In this document: positions 6,429 through 8,235 of the stretch, one piece after another | Position numbering within the stretch: the first letter of the stretch is position 1 | Layout: each line of letters begins with the position of its first letter | IMG/VR virus record: IMGVR_UViG_2778261058_000004 | Location: 1 to 8,235 of that record | DNA: 8,235 bases | Strand: one strand, 5' to 3' | From: a virus | Taxonomy: Duplodnaviria > Heunggongvirae > Uroviricota > Caudoviricetes | Program-made: the position numbers and the translations under genes | The notes under the pieces: generated by a model | Told to the model about the DNA's origin: nothing | Seen by the model: only the letters and a program-made list of their open reading frames with translations | The model's database searches: none

Positions 6429-6679
6429 GTGAGTCAAAATGCCAAATTAATGGCAACAAGATAGAACCGTGTACGGCTCTGGCAAAATCCCTTGAGCATG
6501 ATGCTGAATACACGACGCGAAAAGGTCTGCTGATATACAAAATCTGGAATGAGAGTTTAACTCGCGGCCCTGATTTGGTGATGTTGCGTTCCGGTGAATT
6601 TTCTAAATCACCAGTGCGGGTTTCATTTTGTCCGTTCTGTGGTGAAAGTCTGAAAACGTGGGAGAACAGAAATGAATGA
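6425..6679 (+). CDS. Hypothetical small protein, 84 aa, with Cys pairs (C-x11-C … CPFC), possible zinc ribbon
   Basis: GTG 6425 overlaps the upstream stop (GTGA), with AGGAG at 6413-6417. The track start ATG 6392 is in frame but lies inside the previous gene. Confidence 0.5.
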   Translation: MSESKCQINGNKIEPCTALAKSLEHDAEYTTRKGLLIYKIWNESLTRGPDLVMLRSGEFSKSPVRVSFCPFCGESLKTWENRNE

Positions 6680-6983
6680 AATTAAAGAAATACCAGTAGT
6701 ACGTGATGAATATGGCTGCTGGACGCATCCTGAATATGAAAAATTCTGTGATGGTAGAGAACATATTTCAACGGAAGAGTTTAACGCATGGATGGAGGAA
6801 AATAATCTTCAATGGACCATCAGAACTATGGATGAAGATGATTTTAATCTGGACGCAGATGGTCCCGATATTGCCGCTTGGGAACCAGAGCGACCAGAGG
6901 GCGAAGGCTGGTTTGTTGGCTCTATTCATGACACTGAAGATGGTCCTGTTTGTGTATGGCTGAGAAATAAGGCTGAAGCATAA
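6672..6983 (+). CDS. Hypothetical acidic protein, 103 aa
   Basis: ATG 6672 overlaps the previous stop (ATGAATGA), with GGGAG about 8 nt upstream. Strongly acidic (DEDDFNLDADGPDIAAWEPERPEGEGW). Confidence 0.6.
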   Translation: MNEIKEIPVVRDEYGCWTHPEYEKFCDGREHISTEEFNAWMEENNLQWTIRTMDEDDFNLDADGPDIAAWEPERPEGEGWFVGSIHDTEDGPVCVWLRNKAEA

Positions 6984-7112
6984 AGGCGATAAATCACCTG
7001 GCAACAAAACACTGAAAAATTTAAATCAGAAGTGAATTTTATTAAATCCTTAACCGGAGGGATTCCTGCACCCTCAGAACATCAGGAGGCCGCCTGAAAG
7101 GGCGGTAATGAA

Positions 7113-7295
7113 ATGCGAAAGTTCAGAATAATAATTGAAACAGGAATGGCTGGTGGAGATTTTGAGGATGTATTCGAAGTGGATGATGGCGCGACACCAG
7201 ATGAAATACAGGACGAAGCAAAAGAAATTTTCTTTAACTACTGCAATTACTCATATCACGAAATAAAAGATGAGGAGGAAGAACAACATGGCTGA
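7113..7295 (+). CDS. Small highly acidic protein, 60 aa
   Basis: ATG 7113 follows AAAGGG. About 20 Asp/Glu against about 5 Lys/Arg, with a C-terminal DEEEEQ. Overlaps the next gene by 8 nt. Confidence 0.5.
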   Translation: MRKFRIIIETGMAGGDFEDVFEVDDGATPDEIQDEAKEIFFNYCNYSYHEIKDEEEEQHG

Positions 7296-7464
7296 TTTTG
7301 GTTCAACTAAATATAACGCCAGTTTTGAAGAATGGCATGAACTGTTAATGGACTATGCAGAGTTACGCGGTGGAAGTGCTGCTGATGCTGAAGCATGGCG
7401 TGATGATTATGAAGCAGGGAAAACACCGGTCGAAGCATATTGTGATGAGTGGGGCGATGAATGA
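7288..7464 (+). CDS. Small acidic protein, 58 aa from ATG 7288
   Basis: GAGGAGG at 7272-7278 sits 9 nt before ATG 7288. The track start ATG 7270 has no SD. Product MADFGSTKYNASFEEWHELLMDYAELRGGSAADAEAWRDDYEAGKTPVEAYCDEWGDE. Confidence 0.5.
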   Translation: MADFGSTKYNASFEEWHELLMDYAELRGGSAADAEAWRDDYEAGKTPVEAYCDEWGDE

Positions 7465-7516
7465 GCGGGATTAATTATCAGGAAAGGTTTGAAAAATATC
7501 AAGAAGGGGCTACGGC

Positions 7517-7861
7517 ATGACGACTTTTACCAGAGAGCAGTTAATAGCTCACGCAGAGGAGACGATTGAGGCACAGAGACTGTGCATACCGGGTACAATC
7601 GACCATGACATCATCCGCACATATAAGATGGATATTGCTGTTCTGGAAATTGCACTGGCATCACTGGCAGCGGAGTCAGCCGGTAAATTGCATGAATACA
7701 AACCAGTGGGGTACCAGCGTCTGGTCGACGAGTTAACCATGCTGGTAAAGCAGTTAACCTGGCAACTGAGGAAAGTGAAGCCGGACTGTAAATTGCCGGA
7801 TAAGGCGATGGACTACCTGAAGCGGAACGAACTGATAAGCGCGGAGGATGTTTTGCGATGA
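7517..7861 (+). CDS. Hypothetical phage protein, 114 aa
   Basis: GAAGGGG at 7503-7509 sits 7 nt before ATG 7517. Protein-like, mostly helical-looking composition. Its stop overlaps the start of the next small ORF (ATGA). Confidence 0.6.
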   Translation: MTTFTREQLIAHAEETIEAQRLCIPGTIDHDIIRTYKMDIAVLEIALASLAAESAGKLHEYKPVGYQRLVDELTMLVKQLTWQLRKVKPDCKLPDKAMDYLKRNELISAEDVLR

Positions 7862-7941
7862 CCCGGCCTGAAGCATTCACAACGGTAGGAATTGCGATGG
7901 CGGTGGCGCTGGTGGTGTATTCGATTTGCCGCTGGGGATAA
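7858..7941 (+). CDS. Putative small hydrophobic (single transmembrane) peptide, 27 aa
   Basis: ATG 7858 overlaps the upstream stop (ATGA), with GGAGG at 7843-7847. Product [27 protein letters not shown]. Too short for the 60-aa track. Confidence 0.35.
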   Translation: MTRPEAFTTVGIAMAVALVVYSICRWG

Positions 7942-7948
7942 AAACGGT

Positions 7949-7976
7949 TTGCGGGAAAAGGAGAGTTAAGTAGAAT
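7949..7976 (+). promoter_or_regulatory. Candidate promoter for the hok transcript: -35 TTGCGG, 16-bp spacer, -10 TAGAAT
   Basis: Hexamers read from the sequence. The predicted transcript start near 7984 would give a leader of about 170 nt before hok, the scale expected for hok-family mRNAs. Confidence 0.3.
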
Positions 7977-7990
7977 TGCTGCGGGTGCTT

Positions 7991-8031
7991 GAGGCTATCT
8001 GCCTCAGGCATGAACACCAAAAGGCAGATAG
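7991..8031 (+). promoter_or_regulatory. Structured hok leader: CTATCTGCC (7995-8003) pairs with GGCAGATAG (8023-8031), with nested GAGGC/GCCTC and TGCCT-c-AGGCA hairpins
   Basis: Inverted repeats seen directly. hok-family mRNAs are known for extensive 5' secondary structure that controls translation. Confidence 0.4.
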
Positions 8032-8095
8032 AGAAAAGCCCCAGTTAACATTACGCGTCCGGCAAGACGCTTAACATTAATCTGAGGCATTCTGT

Positions 8096-8155
8096 ATGCG
8101 ACACATAGAGATTAGCCTCTTACGGACCGAAAGGTCAAGGAGAAGCAGGCTATGA
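8096..8155 (+). CDS. Leader mini-ORF (19 codons, MRHIEISLLRTERSRRSRL) ending in ATGA overlap with the hok start; mok-like coupling element
   Basis: GAGG at 8084-8087 sits 8 nt before ATG 8096. Its stop TGA at 8153-8155 overlaps the hok ATG at 8152-8154. Confidence 0.3.
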   Translation: MRHIEISLLRTERSRRSRL

Positions 8156-8235
8156 AGCAGCAAAAGGCGATGTTAATCGTCCTGATCGTCATCTGTTTAA
8201 CCGTCATAGTGACGGCACTGGTAACGAGGAAAGAC
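8152..8235 (+). CDS. hok: Hok/Gef-family type I toxin, N-terminal 28 codons only (hokD/relF-like); continues beyond the window
   Basis: AAGGAG at 8137-8142 sits 9 nt before the ATG. Translation MKQQKAMLIVLIVICLTVIVTALVTRKD matches the transmembrane N-terminus of Hok/RelF proteins as recalled. Confidence 0.85.
   Translation, partial: MKQQKAMLIVLIVICLTVIVTALVTRKD

Noticed and set aside
7091-7106. CCGCC-tgaaag-GGCGG hairpin before the 60-aa gene as a terminator
   Set aside because: No T-tract follows on either strand. It may instead be part of the ribosome-binding region of the 60-aa gene.
6331-7880. Track ORFs 6331..6540(-), 6703..6963(+), 6768..7007(-), 7549..7740(-) and 7611..7880(-)
   Set aside because: They overlap better-supported plus-strand genes in other frames or on the opposite strand, and lack SD motifs.
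1-8235. CRISPR arrays, tRNA/rRNA genes, and integrase or transposase genes
   Set aside because: No regularly spaced repeat-spacer units, no cloverleaf-like or rRNA-like segments, and no recombinase-like ORFs were seen. The only periodic repeats are the replication iterons.

Overview
This window reads as the early (immunity and replication) region of a lambdoid, Rac/CP-933P-like enterobacterial prophage. All calls are from reading the sequence and recalling protein families; no searches were run. From left to right: (1) a leftward operon of a 50-aa small protein translationally coupled to an unrecognised 232-aa protein, driven by a near-consensus promoter that sits inside a perfect palindrome; (2) a leftward DicA/PaaR2-like HTH repressor followed by a small antitoxin and a ParE-family toxin, i.e. 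a three-gene toxin-antitoxin (TA) module in the lambda rexAB position, ending in a clean intrinsic terminator; (3) a divergent rightward Cro/YdaS-like and CII/YdaT-like pair; (4) a replication module of an O-like initiator, with a 23-bp-periodic iteron array and AT-rich tract inside its coding sequence, plus a DnaC-like helicase loader; (5) a nin-like chain of eight small, mostly start/stop-overlapping genes, including a DUF4406-like protein, three very acidic small proteins and a 27-aa hydrophobic peptide; (6) the 5' part of a hok-family type I toxin gene with a structured leader and a coupled upstream mini-ORF, running off the right edge. The least explained parts, and the best candidates for something undescribed, are the 50-aa + 232-aa leftward operon and the acidic small-protein cluster. 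No rRNA, tRNA, CRISPR array or transposase was seen.
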